From Amoebophrya sp. A120 (Eukaryota; Protista; Dinoflagellata): 64,000 bases of DNA. The stretch lies in contig CAJINV010000001.1 in the NCBI GenBank assembly GCA_905178155.1, positions 853,643 to 917,642 on the forward strand, written 5' to 3'. The position numbers and the translations under genes were made by a program. Below the pieces are notes generated by a model. That model was given only the letters and a program-made list of their open reading frames with translations. It made no database searches and was not told where the DNA came from. Of the stretch, positions 12,494-26,000 are shown piece by piece. Each line of letters begins with the position of its first letter. Position 1 is the stretch's first letter.

Positions 12494-15411
12494 TTAGGGG
12501 GCACGGTGGCACGTTTTATCCGCATCGGTAAACTTCCACGACCGGCCGTCGTATCAAATGCAAACATGTCTGGGTCTGGAAGAGTGCGAGACTTGTCATG
12601 CAGTTTTTACCTGACCCACATCTTCCTCTGGCATGCATGCCCTGGCATCACAGATTTCGAGCAGGTACCCCAATTCCACCTAATCCGCATGACAAATCCG
12701 CTCTTTCGGTATAACAAGAAGTGGGGCCTTTTCCTGGCGACGCATGACAGATTTTCTCATGATGTTGAATTCGCATCACAAATTCGGATCCTTCCAGACC
12801 CAAACATGTTTGCAATGCATACGTCGATGACTTGTACCACTTTCGTTTCGTCCTTTCCCCAAGAAACGAACGCCTCGTCCATCGTCATGGAAAATTTCCA
12901 TGACGATGGAAAGTTTCCATCGCTATGCGTTCCCACGAACCGCTCCTCCAGCAGGGTAGCAAGGGTATACTTTACCCGGGAGGACGGGTGGTTGGGATCC
13001 ATGCCCAAGACCGTGTGCGCGATATGGAAGTGTCAGGTTTGAAATCGTCAAAGTTGAAATAATTTGTCATGCATAAAACGGATACCACTTAGACCTACAG
13101 TTTGTAGTCGGCGCATGACAAATTTTCCCGGTCCTGTAAGCGAGTCTGTCATGTGGTTTAGGGCAAAAGAGCTGCCTTCTGTCATGCTAGTCAGCAGCCC
13201 AACTTTTGACCCTTACCAGGACTACAATCTGCCTCCCGTGCGTCCTCTGCAATAGAGTCACTTTTTGTATCGCATCTTATGCATGGCAAATCATTTCAAC
13301 TTTGACGATTTCAATCCTGACACATCCATACGCGATGCAATCCAGGTAGAAATGGCTGTGCTTCGGGTGCTGCATCATTAACTGGCTCTGGCGCATGTGC
13401 AGTATGACTTGCTCAAACGTTACAAACTCAACCGTTACAATAGAGTCCGGGATTTGATGTCTTGCATAATGAGCATGACAGACTCGCAGAGCGTTCCACT
13501 TTCTGCAATACAAATTTCGCCAGAGTGTACTATAGTGCGACTTGGAGCTCCGGAAGAACTTGTCATGCGCTACTTTGTGGGAAGAGGCTAGATCATGCAC
13601 GACTTCTTGCGTCACGGATTTCCATATTCTATTGCAACGTTTGAGATTGCAACACCTGAGCAGGTTATATGCAGCTGGAACAGGTTCTTGATTTCGGCCA
13701 GCTCGTGGACGAAACAGCAGTCATCGTTCCAGCCCGCGTTCAGGCGGGGATGCGCCGCATCCTTCCACGTCTGATCCGCCGCGTTGGTCGACTGGGTACC
13801 GGGAAACCGGGAAGTCTCCACCCAGTTGACCTTGTAACCCCCAGCGCTGGGGGAGAACAAAGTATGCTCTTCGATAAAATTCGGCACTCGCGAATTGCGA
13901 CAGATCTTGTTCGTCCAAAAGGGACACCGGGCAGCTAAAAAGTAGTCGATTTCCGACTGGTCGTACTTACTCTGCATGACGAACATCGGCGACTCAAGCA
14001 GGTCGCCGAAATACTGGAGGTGCAAACACTTCTTTTTGTCGTCGGCAAACTTCTCCAGGCATTTTTCGTTCAAAGCTGGGTATCCGTTGACCGCGTCCAT
14101 CAGCCGCTCCATCCCGCGACCAAAGGCGTTTTCATTATTTCCGTCGCCAAACGTGGCCGGTGTCTGAACGAAGAATCCAGACTGCGAAGCACCGCGCACA
14201 ACGAGCTTTTTGTGTTCGACGCTGACCTCGGGATTTTGATGAGCGGCGGTCCACATCTTTTGCAGCATGGCGTTTGCTCGGTCAACCGCGTAGAATGTAG
14301 CCAGGCCTCCGGCGGAATGCCCGTACAAGATCACGCGCGCCGCGTTGCCGCTTTCGGCTCCGAGATAGTACTTGTTTGGGACTGATAGGTCCTGGGGCGG
14401 CTCGGTCTCGCCAATGCGCACAATCGGCGGCGCAAAAAAACGGTCCGCGAGTTCCGCCAGGACGCTGTCAAGAATGCGTTTGCCATGAAAGTGCATCGTA
14501 GTGCCATCGGCGGCCGTTACCGGTTCCTTCAGATCCCCAGTGAACACCGTTCCGTCGCAGTAAGGCACGTACACATAAAAAAACGGATCCGCCCACGAAT
14601 CCTTGAACGCGTAGCGCGTGTGGTCCTTCCTCTCGACTGTTTCCATCGTTTTCGTTTTACGGTCGAAGTGCTCCCACGTCGCCGGCACCGCGCTGCCGTA
14701 TCCCGTCTCCCCAGTCTTCCACGTTTTGCGCGCGCGCTCTGCGCAGTCGGTCAATACGTCACCGCCCGAGTCACCGCACCAGCCTCCCCCCTCCAGCTCG
14801 ATCAACAAGCCGTTCGCAAGTTTGTTGGCAAGCTCCTTCTCATCCTCTACGACCTCGGTAAAGTAGCCCGCGGGGTCTCCGTTGAGGCAGCGCGGCGTCT
14901 CTCCGCCTTCGAAGCCGATTTTGGTTCCGGTCTCCTGCGAAATCGTGTGGTATTGCAAAGGCGCGCCCTTGTACCCCGGCCTCTTCTCGGTGAACGAGGC
15001 TGGAGCTGGTGCTCCACCCGTAGCCTCAGTGGCCTCCAGTGCCGAGTGCATATAATTACCCATGATGGTCATCTCTCCTGCAGCGCCGTTTCTAGAAGAC
15101 GCAGCTCCAGCAGGATCGCGTTTTCTACCTTCTGCGATCGTGAAAGAGCTCGACGCAGGCGCGCCCGAGGAGGAACCGACAACATGATCGCCGGCCCCAG
15201 TCATTCTGGCTGCATCAGAATCCCCGTCCACCTCCAAGGACGACGACAGAAACGCTTCTCCTGAGCGTTTGTTCGTTATACCGCCCTGGTTCATGCTCAG
15301 CGCCTCCGCGTGATGCAGGAAAAGCAATGCGCCGCGGCATAACAATGCTCCATTTATTTTGGTCGCACGACTGCTCCCAAGGGTTGATGCGGCTGTCTTC
15401 GGCATTTTCAA
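12494..15411 (-). CDS. Pectinacetylesterase/Notum-family esterase
   Basis: CLNGDPAGY, LEGGGWC, YVPYCDG, GHSAGG and SKYDQ motifs. Removing three elements gives FYLDCIAHTVLG (likely catalytic His) and VIDGRSWKFTDADKTCHRAP*. Confidence 0.9.
12552..12821. mobile_element. Introner-like element, family B
   Basis: TIR TATCAAATGCAAACATGTCTGGGTCTGGAAG; DR CGTCG; junction VIDG in frame. Confidence 0.92.
13023..13330. mobile_element. Introner-like element, family A
   Basis: TIR TATGGAAGTGTCAGG; DR CGCGA; junction CIA|HTV in frame. Confidence 0.92.
13403..13669. mobile_element. Introner-like element, family C
   Basis: TIR TATGACTTGCTCAAACGTTACAAACTC / GAGATTGCAACACCTGAGCAGGTTATA; DR TGCAG; junction QLH|MRQ. 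Confidence 0.88.
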
Positions 15412-15783
15412 CTGCAGCTTGCAAGAATTTTTTAAAAGATAAATTATGAGAGTACGAGTTGTACTATGGGAAAACGATAAACCAAAGAAGTTGTGTCTTA
15501 GTTCGTGATAAAGGTGTAGCGACCACGGGCGCGAAGTGTGTGCAAGACAAACCTCGATAGCACGGTCACGGATTCGAAGTTGTCGAAATACACCTGTTGA
15601 GCCGGAAATTGCGTAGTAAACAGAGTGTTGATTCTACCGACGATTTTCGTGAAAGTTGAGCGCTTGAAGTCTCATGTGGTTGTTCACAAGCCAACGTACT
15701 ATTTCGCAAATAAGTACCCTTCGCATCAAGTTCTTGTTCTATGCGAATGAAATTCAAGGCGTCTTCAAAATTTTCACCAAATT

Positions 15784-15810
15784 ATCATCATCATCATCAT
15801 CATCATCATC
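15784..15810. repeat. (ATC)n microsatellite
   Basis: Nine ATC units. Confidence 0.9.
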
Positions 15811-16108
15811 TTGCTAGCCACAAGACAACCGACTCAAGAGACAGAAAAATATGAAAAATAAACGCCCGATTGATAGACTTCTGTGCATTTGCTGAGGAAG
15901 GTGCACCGATTTCACTGATGTCGCGACTTCGTGTACGTCCATTTTGCTTTCGACGCATGTTGGAGCTGCGTCTGAATATTAAATGAGAGCTTTCATAATG
16001 ATGTTCTGTCATCACCTTTACTGAGAAAGGAGTGATTCGCTCGCTTTAGTTTCTGTCTGAGCTGTGACACATCATTGTAGTCGTTGTTGCCCCCTTGTAG
16101 AGCCATAA

Positions 16109-19100
16109 TCACATGGACACGACGGCACCATCTCGATTTCCGCCCCAGTGTGCCGCTTTCAGTGCGAGATCCAACTTCTGCGACCACTTTTGCATCTCTG
16201 TTTCCACCGCTGCATGTCTTGCATCTTCTACTACAGCCTGCGTATCCACCACCTCGGGCGCAGGAACTCCTGCAGTGAGTCGCTTCACGGACGCACGGAG
16301 CGTGCGAAGGCAGGCACGGAACCATTTTTCTATGGCGTTCTCAAACGTTACATTCTCAACTGTTACATAATTTGTCATGCAAAAACGCTATCACTATTCA
16401 CACAGCCAAGCCTTCTTCGCAAGACAACTTCTCGACGCGCTAAATAGCACTATAATCCGTCCCAAATCTGTAATGCAAAAGGCGCAATCTCCCTCCTTTC
16501 ACTTTTGCCACTCTAGCATTGCAAATTCATGTAACAGTTGAGAATGTAACAGTTGAGAACGCCATATTTTCACATCCACGGTTCGAGGAGAGTCCTGCAT
16601 GATCGACACCTGACAGCAATACGGCGTCTTCATGATCAAGGGCAAGCTCGCCAGCATTCTTCTGCGTGGACCGGACGTAGTCGCGGATGCGAGACGCGGG
16701 AGATGAGGGCGTGGTTTGTGATGAACCTGCACCTACAACTTCCTCCGCACACGCCCCGAGCGGGTCTCCATCAATACTGTTCTTATCAGCTCCCTGGTTG
16801 AATACAGTTGGCTCCTCGTCGCCCGCTTCTACTTCTGATGCAAAGGTCGTACTTGTACTTCTATTGCTAGCGGTAGCGGTTTTATTCGCGCTTTTCATGC
16901 TCTCCATTTGATGTTGTTCCCGCAGCAGCCGGCAGAGGCCCTTCCACTCCGGAGTTCGCTGCAACTGTGCCAACAACGCGAGGAGAAACGGCTGCGAAAA
17001 CAAGGAGCACTCGAAGAAGGTTTTGGAGATCACACGAATGTGGGCTGCGCACAGGTCCAGAGGCGAAGGTGGAGTTGTAACTGAGTCTTCAGCATCATGA
17101 TCTGCTCGACCAGGTAAACAACTGTCGTTTTTGACGACAATGGCCGCGACATGCATCAGTATCTCCTCATGACGGTTTAGGTTTTGCTCGATTTGTTCCG
17201 GCGATAATTCGGTCGCTGGTTGAAATTTATCGCCGCGTGATGTTTTATTCCCTGCTTTTAGAGTTGAAGATGTTCTCGCAGCACTATTGCTGCGGCCGAT
17301 GAAGTAGCAAATCTGGGACAGGTCCACTGCAGTGACGTGAAGATTTTCCAATGACCCCTCCTCGGGCCCCCCGTCCCTTCGTACCATGGTGCTAGAAGTG
17401 CAGTCTGAGTCTCCCTCTTCCTCTTCAGCAGCTGCACCGCGGCTGTCCTTTATTTCCCAAATTCGGAAGAAGTGTAGCAACGCGGAAGACATTTTCTCAC
17501 AGTAGACATCAAGCTGCTGGTGCCGATTTTCATCTAGCCCTTCGACTGAGAGACGACTCGATCCATCGCGTATTTTCGCGAGCGCGTAACAGGTCTGCGC
17601 AAGCGGCTGCAAAGTGTTGTAGCTCCAGCTGCCCCTTGCTTGAACGCCGGAGTCGTGGTCACCTTGCAGGTATCTTGCATCCTTATGCTCCTTCTCCCTG
17701 CTCGTGCCGCCGCTGCTGAGAAGTGCCAGTCTTCTTACAGCAGCAGCATTCCACGCGTCCAACGTATTGTCCAGGGCGGTGAATGCTGCGCGCGCCAGTC
17801 GCGTGATCGGCGCGTTATTTTCCTCCTGATGTGCTGGCATTGCAACTCCAACTTCACGACCCGTTTGATGAAGATGCGCTGCTGCAGTTTTCTGTAGTAT
17901 CTGCCTTGGAAATCTGTCCCAGTGCCACAACAAGAAATGCAACGCGTGTGCGACGTTGTCAGCGGTAGGTGTTTGTTCTTTTTCATGAGCACTCTCTTCT
18001 TGGCTCAACTTCCGCACCATTTCTTGTACGCATAGCTCTGCGATAGTGGATGTAGTATGCGGCGTGGCCCCAACACTTCTTCTACTCGCGGCTACCTCCC
18101 TGGAGGAGGAGATGTCATCAAAACCACTACCCCGCGTGAGAAACGGCTTCGCAAATTGTGCCACGTCCTGCATCGGAAAGGCCGCCAGGCGGGTCGGGGT
18201 CAGCCACTTGGTGAGTATTCTCGTCAGCCGGGAGTTTTCCGAGAACGGGTCTGGCTCGCTACGCCTCCGGCTCGTGGTCCCTATTCCTATACCTCCGTCG
18301 GAGAGCATTGATGTTCTCTGCTGCGTCGAACCAAAAGCTCCTGCTCCAGACGTCGACGAGGCTCCCAAACTCCTATCTTGTGCTTCTCCTACTCCTTCGC
18401 TTTTCTCCGCTCCCGTCTCCGGCCGTGCGACAGCGAGGTACGGATCTGGCTGTACCGAACTTTCGTTGTCACCGCCACAACTGTCGGAACTCATTGAATC
18501 GTTCCTCGGGTAGTGCTGACTGAGCCCTGCCAACGCGACCACGACGTCGCGGCGGCTGCGGCGGAAGAGGTTCTGCTCCAACTCGACCAGGACGGAGTGC
18601 CAAAAACTCGGATCCCGAACTCTCCCTGCCCTCTTTATCACGAGAGGTAGCGGCTCCTGAAAGAGCCGCTTGTCGGGCTTCGGCGGCCTTGTGTTCTTCT
18701 TCTTTGAATTAGTCGCGGCGCCGGGTTTATGTATTTCATTCCGAGAGCCTTTATATTGTCCGTTTGTAGCAGCTGTAGCGTATTTGGTCATTCTTAAATC
18801 ATCAGGTGAAGATGTTGGCGAGGACTCTTTGCTATTCATCCCTTTTGCCTTTTTCTTCTTTTTAGATTTCTTGGCGGGCCGTAACGGCTCTTCCGCGTCG
18901 AAAATTCCGCACTCTTCACCTTCAGCAACAGCAGCTGGTTGGCGATTTTTGTCTTCATCGCGTCGTCGTCCAGACTCCTTATTCGAGGGCACTCGGCTGC
19001 GCGATGACGTAGCTGCACCATTCCCGCTTCTTACAGTTGCGCATGCACGAAAGGCATCTGCATTTTCACAATTGAAATTGTGAGCGTCGTAGCGGTAGCC

Positions 19101-19352
19101 CCCCTCGTTTGTGACTGAATTGTTCTTGCTCCTCTGCTCCTCCACTTGTTTCTCATTGCCCTGCGATGCGGTCACAACAGCTGGCGTCGGTCGCCCCCGG
19201 CGGTCTGCAGCCACTGCTCCTGACGTGGAGAAGCTTCTCGCAATTTCGACCTGCTGCCCAAAAAAAAAGGTCCAACCTCGGCTGGGTTTTTTGCCCCGCG
19301 ACGCGGAGGTAGCTGCCCTCGTGATGCCGACCAGGCAGCTCGCGTACAGCAT
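16109..19352 (-). CDS. Large hypothetical protein, possibly an organellar helical-repeat protein
   Basis: 941-aa ORF continues in frame (GCE|KWFR) after removal of element 16331-16566; basic N-terminus with ARSFST. Function unresolved. Confidence 0.65.
16331..16566. mobile_element. Introner-like element, family C-related
   Basis: TIR TATGGCGTTCTCAA..GTTACATTCTCAACTGTTACAT; DR TTTTC. Confidence 0.92.
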
Positions 19353-20024
19353 TGTATGTTGTGTAGCCAGAAGCTGTAAAAACTAGGGTTTAGGATTTAG
19401 GATTCCTTTATAGATTTCATCGTAGCACACAAATCCAGTTGCAGAAGAAGCGAATCGCTGCTCACTTGTTGAGCAGGCACTAATCATCCAACCGAACCTG
19501 AGGCTAAACACGAATAAAACGCTTGTCATGCATGAACAGGGAATGATCAGGAAAAGAAAGGATCAGCGAAATCCATGCAGTGCGGAAGAAGCATCACGAA
19601 ACCGAAAGAAGTGGAAGTTCAGATCTGAAAGACATCGCTGATGGAAAACCCGTTCTTGCTGGGTCAAGAGGTTTTATCTTTGGCTGTTGATTCGATCTAT
19701 CGAAAAGTTCTTTCACTCTGATCCTCCCAGGAAGATCGGCATTGTCGTAGAGACACAGACCAACAAATCCAGAGAGAGAGACCAATCTTCATCAGAACAA
19801 TTTTTTCAAAGCCGGAAGCAAACTGCGTCGGCCTTCAACGCTTTTCTTTTCGTCAAGCACCCTCAGTGCCACAGTTTTTTTCTCTACTTCTTGGAAGCAG
19901 CATTGAAGCTGCCGCACTTCGTCGATGAGGCGCCTTTCTTGCTTTGTTCGCTGATTTCGGTGTCAGTGCGCTTCAAAAACAGGTGACGCACGAAAAAATG
20001 CGCATCACCGATCGATGAGCGCCT

Positions 20025-23000
20025 TCACGCAGGACCAGCAGGCCCGCCGCCACTGCCTCTCGTCAACATTTGCGTCATCTCAATGTCAACCTCTCCTTCT
20101 GTCCCTCGAGACATCAGAAGTCGCTCCCGAGATTCCTCGTTACGGCTGGCGCTTTTCACGCGTTTTTCTTTTTTCTCCTTCTTGCTCTTCCGGTGGTCCT
20201 CGTTCTTCGCGTCCGCCTGTTCAACGACGTCTTCCGCACTTTGCTTTGTGCCTCGACTCAGCAGCATGTTGTGCGCTTGTTCTCCCTCTTGCGGCCTTGT
20301 GTAGTTCTTTGATCTTCCAACTATTCCACCACCCGTCTTTTTGAAAGCGCTTGATCTCACTGTCACCGGAGGTGCAGGTGCCAAGCCGGTACTAAAGCTG
20401 ACCTGCTTCGAAAAAGCCGCTCGTTGCCCGGAGGAGGCCAGTTGTAGTACCTCCTCCCGGTCATCTTCGACACCTCGCAAATGATCTTCCTCCTCGCGGC
20501 CCCCTGGTCCCGCTGGCGAGGTTCCGCCCCCGCCCAAAGGTTTGCTTATGGTGCCTGTGCGCTCCAGAAGTGACCTGCTACTGGCCGCTGTAGTCACAGC
20601 ACCAGTCGCGCGGCCTAGCATTGCGGTTTGCTGAAAGCGCGGCATTACCGTTTCCCGTTCTTCGTCTAGTTCATCCATCTCCGTCGTCGGCCTTCGTCGG
20701 TTCTCCGGATTCACCGTCCCTCCAAATCGCATCTTGGCGGGCATAGGAGAGTGATCGTCGTCCAAATGATGTTGAAAATCATTCCGCTCCGCTGCAGCAT
20801 CTGCATTTCTTTGTAGGTGCAGTTCCTCGGCCGTGTTTGATGTTCGGAAGTCGTGCCGAAACAACTCACTTTGCATGCGTGCGCTGTTCTGCTGATTTCT
20901 CCGGTGCGCCAGAACTTTTCGCAAGTCTCCAATCTCCTGTTTCGTTTTCGCCCGATACAGCTCGATATCGCGCTTCGCGCGGTCCAAATCCCGCCGGACC
21001 TCCAGCTCCTCGGGCTCCGCGGGTATCATGACGTGAATGTATAGGAAAAACGCCATGCACAGCATGGCGAGCATGAGCACGTAGTTACTGAAAATCCCGC
21101 CCACGTTCAGCCGCGTGTATAAATGCGCCCAGTTGAAGGCGATAAACAGCAAGCTGGACCCGGTGGTGAGCAGGAGAAAGGACCCGACAAAATTCGTCGC
21201 GTCGTCCTCCACGAGATTTCGGTACACCCGCCGACACCCGTGCGACACGCGCCACGAGACCGTCCGACACATCACCCACAGGTGGATCCACGCGAGGGGC
21301 GCGATCAGGGGCACGACCGGAAAGAGGAAGGTGAGGAAGCACAGATTCACCAAAATCTCCAAATACTCCGTGTACAGATTCAACTTCGGGCCCTGCAGCT
21401 CGTGCGAGAGGTAGTAGTTGTGCAGGACCCGGTCCCGCAGCGACAAGTAGCTGTCGCCCCCGGACGGCGCACTCGCGGACCGCTTCGCGAGGGACTCCTT
21501 GGTGGTCGCGATTTCGTAGGGGCGCTCCTTCACGACGCGCCGGTCCGCCTGCCGGGAGAACTCCAGTTGCGGGTCGTAGTCCACAACTTGGTGCTTCCGC
21601 ACGGTGAAGAAGAAGGAGGGCAGAGTATCATTTGTAAAAACGTCCCCACCTCCCCAGAGTTGTAATGCAAATCTGCATGCTGAACATGTTTCTCATGCGG
21701 AGACCCATGTGAAGCAGTCTCTCTTGGTGTTTTGCGATCCATCTGTGATGCCCGCATCCGCATGGTATGCTAAATCTGTGATGCTGCTTCGCTAGCTGAA
21801 GACGACCACATTGCGCGCCCAGCTTTCTCATGCGCAACAGCCAAAGCTGGTTGGTTTGTGTAGCAGACTTGCCATCTTGATTCTGCGGTGGGGACGTTCT
21901 TGCTCACCATACAGCGACAGCGTCGTCCGTCGGGCCTTGTACAGCGTCCACAGGTACGGTACGAGAATTAACAGGCAAGGGTTCATGAACAACGCGCGCA
22001 GCAGAATGTGCAGGATGCAGTAGCTGACCGCGCGCTGCTGCTCGTTCACGGCGATGAGCAGGTACAGGGGGAGCGCGAGGTTGCCCGCTGCGTCCAACAC
22101 GGCCTCCTTCAAAGCCAAGGAGACGTTGTACTGGTCGCGCAGGATGTGCCCCTCCAATTTCGTCAGGAGTTTCCCGATCACGCAGAAAATCGGCCGCAGC
22201 AGCACCTGGAAGCCGAGGATGTAGACCAAACTCGGGATGTTCACGAACACCTGAAAACGGATGATACTCGTGCCGATCGCCGCCTGCACCTTCTCGTCGG
22301 TGAAGGCCAGGTGCTCAAAGTCGAGAAACAGCTGCAGCATGCGCTGCAGAAAGGACGCCGACACCACCAGCATCAGCGCCAAAACGATAAAAACCGCTGC
22401 GTACCGACTGGCGGAGATGCCGCCCTGGGCTTCCAGATTCCGCTATTACAATGAAAAATGCCCCCTCCCCATATCAAAAAGGAAATCTGTGATGCAGATT
22501 TGTGCTCACAGATCAGCTTTGTGATGCTAGAAGGCAAAAGATGCGGACTGCAGTGCTGCCTAGCTTGGGAAAGCCTTGCAGCTCCCGGATGACAGGAGGC
22601 AGCTGGAAGTGTTAAACAGCATGACAGATTACCTGCAATTTAGGCCGTAGCTTCCTCGTCTCTTGGCCTTCTAGCAATACAAGTCGATTTGTGTACTCAA
22701 ATACAGCATCACAAATTCGCGCATCTTCCGTTTCCGATATGGGATGGGGGCTTTTTTCACTTTGATATCCGCTCCGTCAGCCGCAAACTCACCTCCATAA
22801 ACCGCGAGGTTTCGTGCCCGTAATCGAAGTCGATGGGTTTTCTCGGCAGGTGCGCGACGTTTTTGTTGCTGTTGAATAATACATCAACCGAGGGGGAAGA
22901 TGATGAAGTTCTTGCAATAGTACTATCTTCACGACCTCCTTCCGTAGTTTCGTCCATTCTTGTCATGATCGTCTTGTTGATGTTCCCATTTATTGTTTGA

Positions 23001-26000
23001 CCCCCACCCTGCGGGACCAGAATCAATTGCTCCGCGACATGCTCGAGTCTGAGTTTGAGGAACTCCGTCTGGGTGTTTTGTTCGTAAAATTCCGCTAGCA
23101 GGGTGCTCTTCAGCGTGTCCGAGTCGAGGATGACCTTGCCGTGCACGCTGGCCGCGGTGTGCTGCTGAAAAATTTGGAAGTGGTGCCGCAGCTGCTCCAC
23201 GTCGTTGTCGTGGTGTACGCGCACTAGCTCCTCCAGCGCCTTCTTGCTGCGGAACTCCTTCTCGCGGCTCATGCTCATGTGGTCCACGATGTCCCCATGC
23301 ATCGACCACCGGACGCAGTACAGATTCCGGTGGCGGGTCAGTTCCACATTGTAATCCACAAAACGCACCTTCCGCTTCTGCTTCACCGTGTAGAACGTCG
23401 CCCAGATGGGGAGCACGAGGTATCAACTGCAAAAGTGTCTGGGTCTGGAAGAATCCAACTTCTCATGCTAAATCTGAAGCAGCGAAAAATCTGTGTTGCA
23501 TGATTACCAAAAGTCGTCCAGTTTTGACCAAGTCGCGAGGGAGTTTCTCATGCAGGATAGGCATGAGAGGGATCGCACAGAATCTGTCATGCTAGGTCCT
23601 GCATTCCAGACCTCATGGGTCATGGAAAAGCTGCATGACAAATCGCGCATTCTTCCAGACCCAGACATTTTTACATTTGATACGAGGGAGAGAAACGCAA
23701 CGTAACTCGCGTACGCCTGCTCCTCCATATCCTGTGCAAAAGTATCGTACTCGTATAAATGCATTACAAATTCCCTCAGCATGAGAAGGAAAATTTGTAA
23801 TGCAGATTGACCTTAGGTAAAGGATTTGTAATGCATGATTGCAATACGAGTACGATAGTTTTGCACTGGATACTCCAGACTCCACATCAAAATCGCCTTT
23901 TCCGCCGGGTCCTGCGCTGGTTGTTGCGTCAACAGTTGCCGCCGTTTCCGTGGAGGGGGATCATTTATCTGGCTCGTTGTTCTTGTACCCTCGTCAGCAG
24001 ATAGTCCTGTCATTCTTCTCCTCTTATCTATTTGATGTTCATCCACCTGCTTCGTCATTTTTCTCCTTGCGTTCTTTTCTCTCTGCTGAGCCTGGGTCTT
24101 TGCTTTCTGGTACGCAAGGAGATACCGGTCCGGTGTGTACCGCCAAAAATCCGGGTCGGCTTCGCGCTGCATTTGCATTTGCTCTGCAGTATTGGTGGAA
24201 AAAAGTTCGTCTTTCGAACGACTCGCTCCCTTCTCCTCGTTGCGAGATGAAAACTTTCTTCCCACTGAAGAGGCAATCGTGGCATGCTCTACTCCACTGC
24301 CACTGCTACCCGAGTGTCTCCCATGATCCGAATCGTCCACGCCGACTTCCTCTTCTTCTCCCTGGCTGGCTTGCAGCATTCTTGCGGAAGTAGAGCCAGA
24401 AGTTCCGGCAGCAGCACTAGAGGAAGGTCCGAGTGGAGTAGAGGACCCGAAATCAGCATAATCCGCAGTCTGTTCCTCGATCTCCTCCTCTTCTTCGGTA
24501 AACAGGAAATCTCCAAACGTGCGGCGCAGGCTATTACAGTGAAAAATGCCCCCCACCCCTGAAATTGGAAAAATTTGTGATGCGAAGTTTCCAAATGAAA
24601 ACTTTTTGTCATGCATGAAAGGAGTATGAATCTTTCTGCTGCAGAATCTAGGTGTGTATCCGTATCGCATCGCTTGCATGACAAGCGCCGCTCTTGCTGG
24701 GGTCTTTTGCAATACCAATGTTTGCTATTCACCATTGGAAACCTGTGATGCTGATAGGAGCAAGAGGGCGAATGTTTCATTTGGAAAGGTTTGCAATACA
24801 AATGCTCCCAAGTTCGGGGGTGGGGGCATTCTTCATTGTAATACAGGCCGATCGTGTAGTCCATCTGCGGGCCAGACAACCCGGTGGTCTATCCTGAGTA
24901 AAAACGTACCCACGCCAGAGTTGTAATGCAAATCTGCATGCTGAAAATGTTTCTCATGCGGAGCGTCATGAGAAGCAATTTCTAGTCGTGTTTTGCAATT
25001 TGTCATGCTCCAATCAGCATGGTATGCGATATCTGTGATGCTGCTGAGCTACCTCAAACAGCACTACACTACGAATCCAAATTTGTCATGCAAAAGAGCC
25101 AAAACTTGTGGATTTGTCTAGCCGATTCCCCATCTTGACTATGGTGTGGGTACGTTTTTACTCAGGATATGGTCAGGAACATCATTATCGTTACTAAGAT
25201 TCCCAGCACCACCGGGTAGGTGGACAGGGCGCGCAAGTAGCCCTGCATGATGCTCATGTGCTCCACCACCTCGACCGAGTTGAAGTACGCGTCCACGCGG
25301 GCGAGAAACGCGGGACTCGTGCCCTGTACGAACGGTGCGTCAAAAGCATCGTCGACCGAGTAGCTCAGGCCAGTGAATGACGCCCGGCCGCGGGGCAGGT
25401 GTGCCGCCCTGGTGCTCGACGTGTTGCCCTTGTTCGTTCTTCTGCTACCTGCTGTACCTCTATCTTTATTATTTCCCGCTCGACCACGACCCGGCGGCGC
25501 CGTGCTGTGGTTGCCCTCGGAAAGGACATTAAAATCGCTTTCCTCGTCCGTTCTCCGCCCGCGCGTCGCCGCACGCGTCGCTCGGCTGCTCGAATTGGAC
25601 CGCTGCTGCGTGGTCAGCTCCACCTCCGCGGCGAGCATTTCGCTGGGCGGTTTTCTGTTGTTCCCGAGCAACATGTGACTCGTTCGCTTCATTGTCGACC
25701 GGACGAAGGTCCCTGCGCGCTGAAAAAATTTCTTGGTGAAGTCTGCCGGGCTGCTTGCCGACGGCTGATCGTCCAAGTCCTCGTCGTCGTCAGTTGAAAC
25801 ATCGCCGCCGTGGTCTCTTCGTCGTGTCCGTCCACCTACGTTGGAAGATGCTTGACCTTCCTCGTCGGAAGTCAGTATGCTTGCATCCCGCTCTCCATCC
25901 TCATCCGCGGTGGTGGTCAACCCTCGGGCCAAAAACCCGAACAGGGATGGAGGACTTGTTCCGCCGATCGTTATTCTGTCGGACGTGGAATTGAGTACGT

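Noticed and set aside
12506-13615. Recurring peptides such as MSGSGR, LPDPDIF and CKSVWVWK in short ORFs
   Set aside because: Translations of the family B TIR, not a protein family.
19384-19404. Telomere-like TAGGGTTTTAGGATTTAGGAT
   Set aside because: Only about three degenerate units at an internal position.
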